Notes under the pieces: generated by a model
The model's database searches: none
Seen by the model: only the letters and a program-made list of their open reading frames with translations
What the model was told of the DNA's origin: nothing
Source: an uncultured candidate division Zixibacteria bacterium
Lineage (GTDB): Bacteria > Zixibacteria > MSB-5A5 > GN15 > PGXB01
Reading direction: 5' to 3'
Assembly: GCA_963702205.1 (NCBI GenBank)
Contig: OY969724.1
Location: 1,664,001 to 1,728,000, forward strand
Length of the DNA stretch: 64,000 nucleotides
Position numbers and translations under genes: made by a program
Part shown: positions 38,231 through 48,013 of the stretch, one piece after another
Layout: every line of letters begins with the position of its first letter
Position numbering within the stretch: the first letter of the stretch is position 1

Positions 38231-39601
38231 CTATTCGCTGATGCCGTATTCCTGCATTTTGGAATAGAGAAGTCTTCGATTGATTTTCAACAGCTTGGCC
38301 GCCTGGGTGCGGTTCCAGTCGGATTTTTTTAGAGCGTACAGGATCAAATCGCGCTCGATGGTTGCCACGATTTCTCTTAAGGCGTGGCCGTTTTTCAACT
38401 GGTCCTCCAACGCGAGATGCATTCGCTCGCTTTTGGTCGGCATGGGGAAATCATCGAATGTCATGATATTTTCGCGGGACATAACGATTGCACTTTGAAT
38501 TGAATTCTCCAGTTCACGCACATTTCCCGGCCAGGAATAGAGCTGCAGTTTTTCCATTTCGTGGTACGGGACCAAAAGTCTTCGATCCGGGCAATATTTC
38601 TGGACAAAGTGACGCACCAAAAGCGGGATATCCTCGGTTCTATCGGCCAGAGGCGGAATATTGATACGTACGACGTTCAATCGGTAAAACAGATCCTCCC
38701 GAAACCGGCCTTCATGGACTTCCTGCTCGATCTCGCTGTTGGTGGCGGCGATCACGCGCACGTCGATACGAATCGGGTCTTCTCCTCCGACCCGGTAAAA
38801 GGTCTGGTGCTGCAAAACTCTTAAGAGCCGAACCTGTACGGAAAGCGGCATGGTGTCTATTTCATCGAGGAAAATAGTCCCACCGTCGGCCAGTTCAAAC
38901 CGGCCCTGTCTCTGTGAGATGGCACCCGTGAAGGAACCTTTCTCGTGTCCGAAAATCTCGCTTTCGAGAACGCTCTCGGAGAAAGCCCCGCAGTTGACCT
39001 TAATATACGGTTTATCGCTGCGGGACGAATGTCTCTGGACGGCGTCGGCGATAAGTTCCTTGCCGGTTCCGCTTTCGCCGTGAATCAATACAGTCGTGTT
39101 GGTCGGGGCGACGCGGCCGACCAGCTTGAATATTTCGCGCATCTGGGGGCTGTTGCCGATGATCTGGACGTTGTCCTGCGACGGAAACGATGAAACCCGG
39201 TGCCTCAGAGCTTTGACTTCACCGAGCAATTCAGAAAATTTGAGGGCCCGCTCGACAATAAGCATAAATTCATCGAGTTCGAAAGGCTTTTCGATATAAT
39301 CGTACGCCCCGGATTTAATCGCCAGTATGGCTCGTTCGCTGGTCCCATAAGCGGTGAAGACTATAATCGGTATGTCCGGCTGCTCGTGCTTTATGGCCGT
39401 CATTGCCTGAATACCGTCGGTTTTGGGAAGGTTTATATCCATAAGGATCAGATCGGGCTGCATTCTCTGGGCTTCGGCGATGGCCGCCTCTCCGTCACCG
39501 GCTTCTATCAGGCGATAGCCCCGGGGGGAAAGCAGGTCGATAATATTTTTGCGCATGAAGGCTTCATCGTCCACAATCAATATGCACTTGCTTTTGGTCA
39601 T
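38231..39601 (-). CDS. Sigma-54-dependent response regulator (AtoC/NtrC family)
   Basis: Receiver domain (ILIVDDE, LMDINLP), GESGTGKE, GHEKGSFTGA, WPGNVREL, Fis HTH. Confidence 0.95.
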   Translation of the reverse strand: MTKSKCILIVDDEAFMRKNIIDLLSPRGYRLIEAGDGEAAIAEAQRMQPDLILMDINLPKTDGIQAMTAIKHEQPDIPIIVFTAYGTSERAILAIKSGAYDYIEKPFELDEFMLIVERALKFSELLGEVKALRHRVSSFPSQDNVQIIGNSPQMREIFKLVGRVAPTNTTVLIHGESGTGKELIADAVQRHSSRSDKPYIKVNCGAFSESVLESEIFGHEKGSFTGAISQRQGRFELADGGTIFLDEIDTMPLSVQVRLLRVLQHQTFYRVGGEDPIRIDVRVIAATNSEIEQEVHEGRFREDLFYRLNVVRINIPPLADRTEDIPLLVRHFVQKYCPDRRLLVPYHEMEKLQLYSWPGNVRELENSIQSAIVMSRENIMTFDDFPMPTKSERMHLALEDQLKNGHALREIVATIERDLILYALKKSDWNRTQAAKLLKINRRLLYSKMQEYGISE

Positions 39602-41250
39602 GTGCTTGCGCTCTTTTCGGTATCAAGGCACGGCAGTTCAACCACGCATATCGTCCCCTGCGGCGAGTTCGGCCGAAAGGCTATGGTCCCGCCGTGAGCG
39701 GTAATAATTTCATACGATATTGAGAGGCCCAGCCCGAAACCTCGTTCTTTGGTCGTGAAAAACGGGTCGAATATTCTGGACCGAATGCTGTCGGGAATGC
39801 CGGCCCCGGTGTCTTTAAATTCGATACGAATCAACTGACGGGTTTTGTCATACTGCGTAGAAATATCGATCGAACCTTCACTATCCATCGATTGAATGGA
39901 ATTTAGAATAATATTGATAAAGACCTGTTCGAGGGCATTGGGGTCGGCGGGAAGCGGCGGCATGGTTTCATCGAAAGAAGTCACGATTTTGATGTCGCTG
40001 TGTCCGTTCCGGTTTTCGACAAGCTGTATGGTATGACGAACCAGCCCGTTGAGATCGGTGGGCCGGAGTTTTTCCGACTTCGGTTTGCTGAAATACAACA
40101 GCCGCTTCATGAGGTCGGACAGACGGTCGATTTCGCTGATAACCAGCTTCATGGATTTTTCCGAGACAAGATAGTGGGGCCCCTCACCCTCGATCGGCTT
40201 TTTACCGTTGCGGCCGTCCTGCTGCCATATCTGGACTCTCGTCTTGATAACGGCCAAAGGCGTTTTGACTTCGTGAGCGACGCCGGCCAGCAAAATACCC
40301 AACGAGGCCATCTTTTCTTTGCGGTTTAGTTCGCGCTCCAGTTGTTCACGGTGGCCCTGACCCATCCGCAGCGCCTTCAGCATTGAATTGATGGATCTTC
40401 CGATATGTCCCAGCGAGCCTCCGAAAACCGTAACGTCGTGCTGAGCGCCTGTTTTTACGATTTCGAGATCGCTGTGGATTCTCATGATTTTGCGCCGCTG
40501 GGCGACCGAAAGAAAGACGGCGATAATAAAACCCATCAGTGAAATGACGGCCCCGACGTTGGCGACCTGGCGTATTTTAAGTGTCGGCAGTTCACGCTCT
40601 ATGTGAATTCTGGCCCAGGTGGCACCGATAACGGTACCATCGTACATTATTGGTTCAGTTGCCAGAGGGAATACGGCCGGATCGAATTGATGGAGCTCTG
40701 TTTCGGAACGGGCGGTTTCAATGGTCTTCAACGCTTGTGCTCTTATAATGTTATATGAACGCGGGGGAGGGCCGTAGACAGGTTTCGGTGGCGGTGAAGT
40801 CGGGAAAGCGTATCCATAGAAATCATCGAGTCTCTTGAAGAAGAAGCCGCCTTCCATGCCGTCGACGTTGGCAAACGCGGTTTCTGATATTTCCTTCAGA
40901 CTGGAATCCATTTTTTCTATTTCATCGACGGTAAGATTTCTTCTCACAAAAAACGAATCGACGGCCAGACTGTCGATAGTCGATTCGGCCGATTCATAAA
41001 GCTGGCGGCAGATGACTTTTGTAAGGGTTTTGTTTGTCTGGACGACTTCCTGCTTCCATTTGTCCACGGAGGCATAGACCAGAAAAGAAATGACAGCAAC
41101 TATGATTGCAAAAATAGTCGCAAACAGTATTGCCCGGGCATGAATTTTCAAAAATTCGAGCTTCAGGGCTTTGCTGTCGGGATTATCGTCTTTATTTCGA
41201 GACGAGTTATTGCCCATTTCGAAAATGTTGTTCTTGTTTTCTTCGCTCAT
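39598..41250 (-). CDS. Membrane sensor histidine kinase
   Basis: Two TM segments around an extracytoplasmic domain, AHEVKTPL, QVFINIILN, FFTTKERGFGLGL. Confidence 0.93.
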   Translation of the reverse strand: MSEENKNNIFEMGNNSSRNKDDNPDSKALKLEFLKIHARAILFATIFAIIVAVISFLVYASVDKWKQEVVQTNKTLTKVICRQLYESAESTIDSLAVDSFFVRRNLTVDEIEKMDSSLKEISETAFANVDGMEGGFFFKRLDDFYGYAFPTSPPPKPVYGPPPRSYNIIRAQALKTIETARSETELHQFDPAVFPLATEPIMYDGTVIGATWARIHIERELPTLKIRQVANVGAVISLMGFIIAVFLSVAQRRKIMRIHSDLEIVKTGAQHDVTVFGGSLGHIGRSINSMLKALRMGQGHREQLERELNRKEKMASLGILLAGVAHEVKTPLAVIKTRVQIWQQDGRNGKKPIEGEGPHYLVSEKSMKLVISEIDRLSDLMKRLLYFSKPKSEKLRPTDLNGLVRHTIQLVENRNGHSDIKIVTSFDETMPPLPADPNALEQVFINIILNSIQSMDSEGSIDISTQYDKTRQLIRIEFKDTGAGIPDSIRSRIFDPFFTTKERGFGLGLSISYEIITAHGGTIAFRPNSPQGTICVVELPCLDTEKSAST

Positions 41251-41442
41251 TTTATACCACGGGCTTTATTATATCAAAATCCGTACCCGTCTTATATTAT
41301 CGACCTCACGTCGGGGATTCAAGGTAATATAGCTTTCAACCGGGCTGAATGCGCCCAATAAAATGGGCTTTTTTATCCCAATTCGTCCAGAAAATACCCT
41401 GAATTAACATAAAAAGCAACGATTTAGAGGGCATAATCGGGT

Positions 41443-41458
41443 TGGCATGACATTTGTA
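41443..41458 (+). promoter_or_regulatory. Candidate sigma-54 promoter of the PGA locus, -12 variant
   Basis: TGGCATGACATTTGTA (GG-N10-GT), the same variant as at 4349. It faces away from the divergent enhancer-binding regulator. Confidence 0.45.
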
Positions 41459-41585
41459 TTTATTATATTTGCTGGACTTTTTATAAAAGTCGGCCGGTAG
41501 CAAAAACGCCTTAAAAGGCCTTAATAAATAGGATTTTGCAGGACAGCTTTGGTAATCTTAAACCAAAAGAGAAGGTGGGAAGACA

Positions 41586-43437
41586 TTGGATAGTAGCTCA
41601 GGCGGCCGACGGTTATACCCGGTTGTTGCCGCTCTTTTTCTGGCGGTAGTTTTTCTGTTCGCCTGTGACGAGCTCTTCGTCAATGACGGCGACCCCGACC
41701 GGGGAATACAGCTTGGGGGCGGATATTATTATTTCATAGACAACACCAGTTATTCTCTGCTCATGCTGGATCCGAGCCTTCGGGTAGTCAAATCATGGGA
41801 TACTCGGGATTTATTCGGGGAGACGGCCGTGCAGGGGATTACATCTGACGGCCTTTATTTATGGCTGTCGGCGGCCGGAACGCAGGATTATATCATCCAA
41901 GTCGATATATCGGGTGATGTCTTAAGCGCTTCGCGAACGCTCGATGCCCCACCGGAAAGGCACGGGACCATCCGCGATCTGGCCTGGGACGGCACGAGTC
42001 TCTGGGCTGTCAACAGCGGATCGGCGACTTATTCGATACCGCCGACACTTTATAAGCTCGATCCCAATAACGGAACCGTCCTCGAAGAACATATCATGCC
42101 GACGCCGGAACCGAGGGGGATGACTTATGTCGGTGCCAACGGCGACGTTTACGGGCGGGGCCTGCCGGTTGGCTTTTATTACGGTGACGTGGATCGAGAT
42201 ACTCTTTACAGATTTCTAACGGACAAAATGTTATTTGAGACGGCCTTCGCTTCGCCGGTTCCGCCTCGGGGCGACGGCTATGTTTTTCCCGTCGGTCTTA
42301 CATTCGACGGAACTGATTTATGGGTGGTCAACAGCAGCAGTTTAGCCGGTGACCACCTTTTTCGTTTGAACAGGGACGGCATGACCACGGAATTTTTTGA
42401 AATCCCATATGAAACCCCGGGACCGCTTGTCTGGTCGCCGAACGATTTGAGTCTGCCTCATCCGCCGGTCGTGACGGCGGCGTCGCCTAATTCGGCCACA
42501 CGAGGCAGTGATCTGACCGTGACCATATATGGCGAGTATTTCCGTCCGGGGGTCGGGCTGACGGCATCATTCGGGACGGGAATTGTCGTCTCCGAAGTCA
42601 CGTTCGTTAACGGCAATTCGGTTACGGCTCATATCGAAGTAGCCAGCGACGCCGCTTTTGGAGAACGTGACGTGACGGTCACCAATCCCGACGGACAGTC
42701 GGGTGTCGGGGTCGGCATATTTACCGTGCCGGAGTTCGATCCCAATGACGGATATTTCTACTACACCGATGCCGGCAACAGGGTCATGCGAAAAATCAAG
42801 ATCTCCGATTTCAGTATCGCTCAAACCTGGGATATTTCTGCCATCGACGGTGCGTCACCGCAGGGGCTGACCTTTGACGGCACTTACCTGTGGATGAGCG
42901 CCGCAGGCAGCGTCGACGCCATCATGCAGCTGGAAATCGACGGTTCCTCTTTGTCGGGTACTAAATCAGTTCCAGGCTCCTCCGGGCGGCACCGGGACGA
43001 TTCGTGAAATCGATTTCCTGGGAGACGACCTGTACGCCTTAAACGACGTGTCCGACCGAATTTATATTATTGATACGCTGACGGGTTCGGTTACCGATTC
43101 CATACCGACACCGGGCACCGAAGGACGAGGCATAGTCTTCGCCAACGGTGACCTGTACTGCAATGATCGTCTTATCGACTCAGTTTTCGTGTACGACGCC
43201 GGGACCGAGACGTGGACGGCGGTCTTTGCGACTCCGACGCCTCCGGGAGGCACGGATCTCAACCGTTACGCGACGGGGATGACCTGGGACGGCATTAACT
43301 TCTGGATTGTCAACAGCACCGGTGATTACGACTACATTTTCCAGGTAACCGTCGATGGTACCGTGCTGCAAACGTACGAACTCCCCGACCGGGGAACGGT
43401 AACGCAGCCGACCGGTATCGTATTTACACAAAATTGA
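41586..43437 (+). CDS. Lipoprotein with two beta-propeller repeat regions flanking an IPT/TIG-like Ig domain (apparent frameshift at ~42957)
   Basis: Lipobox LFAC, repeated GLTFDGT.LW / LAWDGTSLW motifs, PVVTAASPN...VTVTNPDG. Deleting one G before GTAC 42958 gives SVLNQFQAPPGGTGTIREI, which matches the first repeat and continues to 43437. Confidence 0.8.
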
Positions 43438-43447
43438 GGTAGCGGAC

Positions 43448-44738
43448 ATGAAAAAGATAAAATACATACATTTCCTGACGATCTGGAGCGTAGTCTTGTT
43501 CGCGGGCCTCGTCCCCCGGGCGTCGGCCCAGTTCAATGTCGAAGGTGACTTCCGAGTGCGTGCGTACAGCGACGGCTTCAGAGATGCCCTCGACCAACGG
43601 GGGACGGAGAATTATCTCCGTTACCTGGGTCGTATCCGCGCCAAGGCTGCCGTCAGCCAGCAGACGTCGTTTTATGTCGAATTCATTACGCAAATAGCGA
43701 ACAATCCGGTGTCGCCGGTTCGTAATATCGGCGGCACGGGCAAAATGCAGTACCGGCATCAGCCAGATATTCGGCGAGTACCGCACGGATAACATCCCCG
43801 TGTTCGACCTGATGCGCGCTCGTATCGGTCGCCAGCAGTTTCCAATCGGCAAGGGGCTTTCACAGGGAGATTCATATTATAACTTTGACCGCTTCGACGC
43901 CATTCGGTTCGATTTCGCGCTGAGGTCGTACACTCTTTCCACATTCAGCGCCATCACCGAGCAAAACCTTAGTGCGACCGGTCTGTATCCCGATCCGGGC
44001 AGCGACCAGCTCCATATAGTAAGACTGACCCGTCCGATTATGAAACAGGAATTCATGGGATATTATATATATAACCGTCTTCGGGGCCAGTTTAACGACA
44101 GCTATATCATTGGCGGCGGCTTTAACGGCGACGCCAAAAAGGGCCGTCTGACTTATTTTCTCGAAGTCGCCCACCAGACTTTCCACACCCTCGACGGCCT
44201 TCCGGAAAAAGGCGGCATCGGCTATATGGGTGGTATTTCATATCGCTGGACCTGGGGTCCGTTTCGGAGCATCAAGGTCGAGACGCGTTACGCCGCATAC
44301 CAGGGCGACGATGCCAGTACGGAAAAAGTCGAGCAGTTCAGCCCGTTGTATCCGAGCTTTTTCTGGGGCAGCCGGGTGGGATACGTCGATGGCGCCATCG
44401 GCGGCGATTATCCCAATACCGGCCACAACCTGGAAGGCAGCCGAATTTGGTACACCAGAATTTACTTTATACACAAGAACCTTCCGAAATTGCGCGTCCA
44501 GCTGCATTACATCAAAATGGAAGAGTACGTCAACAACGACAATTATAATTCGTTCGACGACGAGCTGTCGCTGAATATGTACTATCAACTTTCGACTCAG
44601 ACGCAGCTGCAGTTCCGCGCCTGCCGCAATTTCCCGAACGATGATGATTACGACCTTGACGGAGGAGGGACCATATCCTGGGGTGAAGACCGGGTCGAAA
44701 TGACCCGCTTCATGATGGAATTCCAGGTAAAGTTTTAA
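43448..44738 (+). CDS. Outer-membrane beta-barrel protein, alginate-export-like (apparent frameshift at ~43754)
   Basis: Signal peptide, GDFRVR, RIGRQ, FDAIR, amphipathic strands and C-terminal FQVKF. Deleting one C after GTAC 43750 joins the two ORFs (MQYGISQIFGEY). Confidence 0.75.
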
Positions 44739-44799
44739 CCAGCGGAGGCATAAATGAAAAGCACAGACGCCCGGGACGAAAGGAATAGAGTCTGACATC

Positions 44800-46065
44800 A
44801 TGGTTTCGGAACCGATTATTTTGATCGCTATGCTGGCGGTGTTCGCTCTGGGCGTGTTCGTGCTGAAGGTCCCGGCCGGGGTGTCCCTGATGTTCGCGGC
44901 CATAGTCGGGGCCTTTCTCGGCGGTGAGGGCCTGCCGATCCGTCACCTCGTGGAAGGAGGCTTTGGCTTTTTGGAGGCGATATTGATTATCGCCACGGCC
45001 ATGATATTTATGAAAGTGGTTGAAGCGACAGGGGCCCTGGGGACGATCAGCTATACGATGATAAATACGCTGCATCGTTTCCCGACGGTACTGATGATTG
45101 TCATCGTCGTCTTCGTCATGTTCCCGGGCATGCTGACCGGGCTGTCGTCGGCCTGTATCCTTACAACAGGCGCGCTGGTGGCGCCGGGGCTTATGGCGAT
45201 GGGGATGCCGCCGCTCGCGGTCGGGGCGTTTATTGCCATGGCGGCCGTATTCGGCGAGATCGCGCCGCCGATATGTATTCCGGTGATGCTGATCGGGGGT
45301 GGGGTCGATATGCCCTATATCGGTTTCGCCAGGCCGCTGTTTCTGGCGTCATTTCCGCTGGCCATCGCCACGGCCATTTACTTCCGCGTCCGCTATCTCG
45401 GCTCGTTCAACATTGACGAAGTCCTCCCCAAGCTGAGCAAACCAGTTTTCAATGAATATGGTATCAGGTTATTCATTCCGCTGGCCTTCGTGATCGGCTA
45501 CATGATCCTCGAAGAATCGATCCCCGAATTCATTCCGCATCTTGGTGTTCCGTTGATTTTCGTGCTCGGTGCGATTCTCGGATTCGGGTCGGGCAATCGT
45601 TTCAATTTCTTCAAAGTTTCGCGGGACGCGATCCGCCAGGCTATGCCGGTGATGGCTATACTGGTCGGAGTCGGCATGTTCATGCAGATACTCACGTTGA
45701 CCGGGGTTCGGGGCTATTTGGCGACCAGCGCCTTATTTTTGCCGGAAGGGGTGAAGTATCTGGCGGCATTGATAATGCCGTTTTTCGGGTCGGCCTATGC
45801 GTCGGCATCGATTATCGGCGTGCCCCTGGTGTATGTCTTTATCGGTAAGAACTCACTGGTGATAACGGCCGCCCTGGCATTAATGGCGTCCATGGGTGAT
45901 TTGATGCCGCCGCCGTCTCTGCTGTGCGCTTACGCCGCGCAGATTGTCGGCGTCAAGAATCATTTTGCGGTTTTGAAAAGCAATGTCATCCCGATTATCG
46001 CCACAATAGTTACCGGCCTTTTGATTATAGCTTTTGCCGAGCAAATTGCAGGGGTGATTTTTTAG
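44800..46065 (+). CDS. DctM-like/IT-superfamily permease
   Basis: About 11-12 TM segments, with FGEIAPP and GDLMPP hairpin motifs. Confidence 0.78.
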   Translation: MVSEPIILIAMLAVFALGVFVLKVPAGVSLMFAAIVGAFLGGEGLPIRHLVEGGFGFLEAILIIATAMIFMKVVEATGALGTISYTMINTLHRFPTVLMIVIVVFVMFPGMLTGLSSACILTTGALVAPGLMAMGMPPLAVGAFIAMAAVFGEIAPPICIPVMLIGGGVDMPYIGFARPLFLASFPLAIATAIYFRVRYLGSFNIDEVLPKLSKPVFNEYGIRLFIPLAFVIGYMILEESIPEFIPHLGVPLIFVLGAILGFGSGNRFNFFKVSRDAIRQAMPVMAILVGVGMFMQILTLTGVRGYLATSALFLPEGVKYLAALIMPFFGSAYASASIIGVPLVYVFIGKNSLVITAALALMASMGDLMPPPSLLCAYAAQIVGVKNHFAVLKSNVIPIIATIVTGLLIIAFAEQIAGVIF

Positions 46066-46087
46066 AGGAAACCGGAGAGTAGTACAA

Positions 46088-46234
46088 ATGCTGTTTTGGA
46101 TATACATAGCAATTACCCTGTTCATCGCCGTGATAGTCGTGGTGGAACTGTTCTCCGAGAAGGACTGGAAAAAGCAGGTGGCCCTGGCGATGCTTCTGTT
46201 ACCGTTTGTCCTGAGGGTGCTGTTGATTAAATAG
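46088..46234 (+). CDS. 48-aa two-TM membrane protein (below ORF-track cutoff)
   Basis: MLFWIYIAITLFIAVIVVVELFSEKDWKKQVALAMLLLPFVLRVLLIK; GGAG RBS; fills the operon gap exactly. Confidence 0.75.
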   Translation: MLFWIYIAITLFIAVIVVVELFSEKDWKKQVALAMLLLPFVLRVLLIK

Positions 46235-46237
46235 CTT

Positions 46238-47365
46238 ATGAAACTTAAAAAACATCATATAACCGCCATTTTGGTGCTGATCTGGGTCGGAGTTTTCGGC
46301 GCGGTGGCATCGGCCAGGTTTTTGGCGATGCATCACGATGAAACAGTCGTGCCGAGTTCGGCATTGACCAGGGTTGGCCATTTGAGTGATTATTTCGCAC
46401 CGATCAAGGGAACCGACGGAGATTTCGCGATTTACTTCTACGACAGCGGCAAACCAGGCGGGACGGCTTTGATTCTGGGTGGAACCCACCCCAACGAACC
46501 GGCCTCAAACGTCGCCGCGACGCTGATTGCGGAAAATGTCGCAGTGAAAACCGGCCGCGTGCTGGTTGTAACACGAGCCTGTAACAGCGGCGCGACGTGC
46601 ACCGATCCGTTCGAAGCGTATCCCGAATTTTTTACACTCAAGACCCGAGAAGGCAAGGAATGTAAGTTCCGGATGGGGTCGCGGGTAGCCAATCCGCTCG
46701 ATCAATGGCCCGACCCGCTGGTCTACACGCACTTCCCGTCCGGGCAGCGCCTGTCGGGATTCGAGGCGAGAAATCTGAATCGCTCATATCCCGGACGTCC
46801 CGACGGAACGTTTTCCGAAAAGGTCGCCTACGCTATAATGCAGATGATCGAGCAGGAAGATATCGATATATCGTTCGACCTTCACGAGGCGGCCCCGGAA
46901 ATCCCGATTATCAATGCCATCGTATATCATGAGAAGGGCGAAGATATAGCTCTTAACGCCGTGCTGGATTTGGAATCGATGGGTTTGCAATATTCACCGG
47001 AACTGTCACCGGACAATTTCCGGGGGCTGAGCCACCGCGAATGGGGCGACCGGACCCGGACCATTCCGTTTTTGATGGAAGTCAGCAACCCGATACAGGG
47101 CCGGCTGCGGGGGAAGACGAATGAGGAGTTAATCATAAAGGGGGTAAGCATAAGATACAAACAAGCCCTTGAATCGGGCGCGTTGAGGATTGAGTACGAC
47201 CCCGACGGGGAACCGCTCAAGAAGCGGGTTGCCAGACACGTGCAGGGTATAATCAGCCTGATTAACGCTTATAACGCCGACCACAAGAAGAAAATTATAG
47301 AATTGGATGACCTGCCGCAATATCAGGATATAGTGGATAACGGGGCAGGCTATTACCTGCATTAA
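46238..47365 (+). CDS. Membrane-anchored succinylglutamate desuccinylase/aspartoacylase (M14) family protein
   Basis: GGTHPNE (HxxE), RNLNRSYPG, FDLHE, N-terminal TM segment. Confidence 0.88.
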   Translation: MKLKKHHITAILVLIWVGVFGAVASARFLAMHHDETVVPSSALTRVGHLSDYFAPIKGTDGDFAIYFYDSGKPGGTALILGGTHPNEPASNVAATLIAENVAVKTGRVLVVTRACNSGATCTDPFEAYPEFFTLKTREGKECKFRMGSRVANPLDQWPDPLVYTHFPSGQRLSGFEARNLNRSYPGRPDGTFSEKVAYAIMQMIEQEDIDISFDLHEAAPEIPIINAIVYHEKGEDIALNAVLDLESMGLQYSPELSPDNFRGLSHREWGDRTRTIPFLMEVSNPIQGRLRGKTNEELIIKGVSIRYKQALESGALRIEYDPDGEPLKKRVARHVQGIISLINAYNADHKKKIIELDDLPQYQDIVDNGAGYYLH

Positions 47366-47940
47366 TGGAAAATAAGGAGTTTGACATGATGACAACCAAA
47401 CGCATTTTCGCGACGGCACTGGCCATTGTTTTATTGTGTGCACCAATTCTGCTTAAGGCGGGGGAGAAGTTCGAACAGCCGATTTTGATCTCATCGGCCG
47501 GTCAGAGCGCCGACATGAAACTGGTCGGCATGCTGGCCAAAAGAGACAAATTGGACGCCACGGCGGTCAATATGGCCACGGTCGATGATCTCGAAGGAAT
47601 CAAGACGCTGATTTTCGTGCCGGGATTCAGTTCCAAAGGTCTCGGGGCGGCCGGAGTCAGCCAGAAGGATGAAATGGACCGAGTGGTCAAGCTGGTCGAT
47701 GCGGCCAAAGAAAAGAAAATCCCGATAGTTACGATTCATATCGGCGGTACGGCTCGTCGCAAAGGGCAGTCGGACAGCTTCAACAAGCTGGTCGCGGAAA
47801 ATTCGCAGTCGATTATCGTCGTCAAACAGGGCGACGAGGACGGTTTCTTCAGCGATATAGCCAAAGAGAAAAAGATCCCGATCGACACGGTCGATAAAAT
47901 CGCGGAAGTGGCCGAACCGATGGCCAAACTTTTTAAGTAG
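47365..47940 (+). CDS. Exported DUF6305-like protein
   Basis: Signal peptide; ISSAGQSAD, GFSSKGLGAAG and HIGG..RR motifs. Family name recalled, not searched. An alternative start lies at 47386. Confidence 0.7.
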   Translation: MENKEFDMMTTKRIFATALAIVLLCAPILLKAGEKFEQPILISSAGQSADMKLVGMLAKRDKLDATAVNMATVDDLEGIKTLIFVPGFSSKGLGAAGVSQKDEMDRVVKLVDAAKEKKIPIVTIHIGGTARRKGQSDSFNKLVAENSQSIIVVKQGDEDGFFSDIAKEKKIPIDTVDKIAEVAEPMAKLFK

Positions 47941-48013
47941 GCCCGCAGTCGCATTCGTTATGAATGAGCATGCGGAAAAGAGTGAATAAAATGAAAGTAT
48001 CCGAGATGACATT

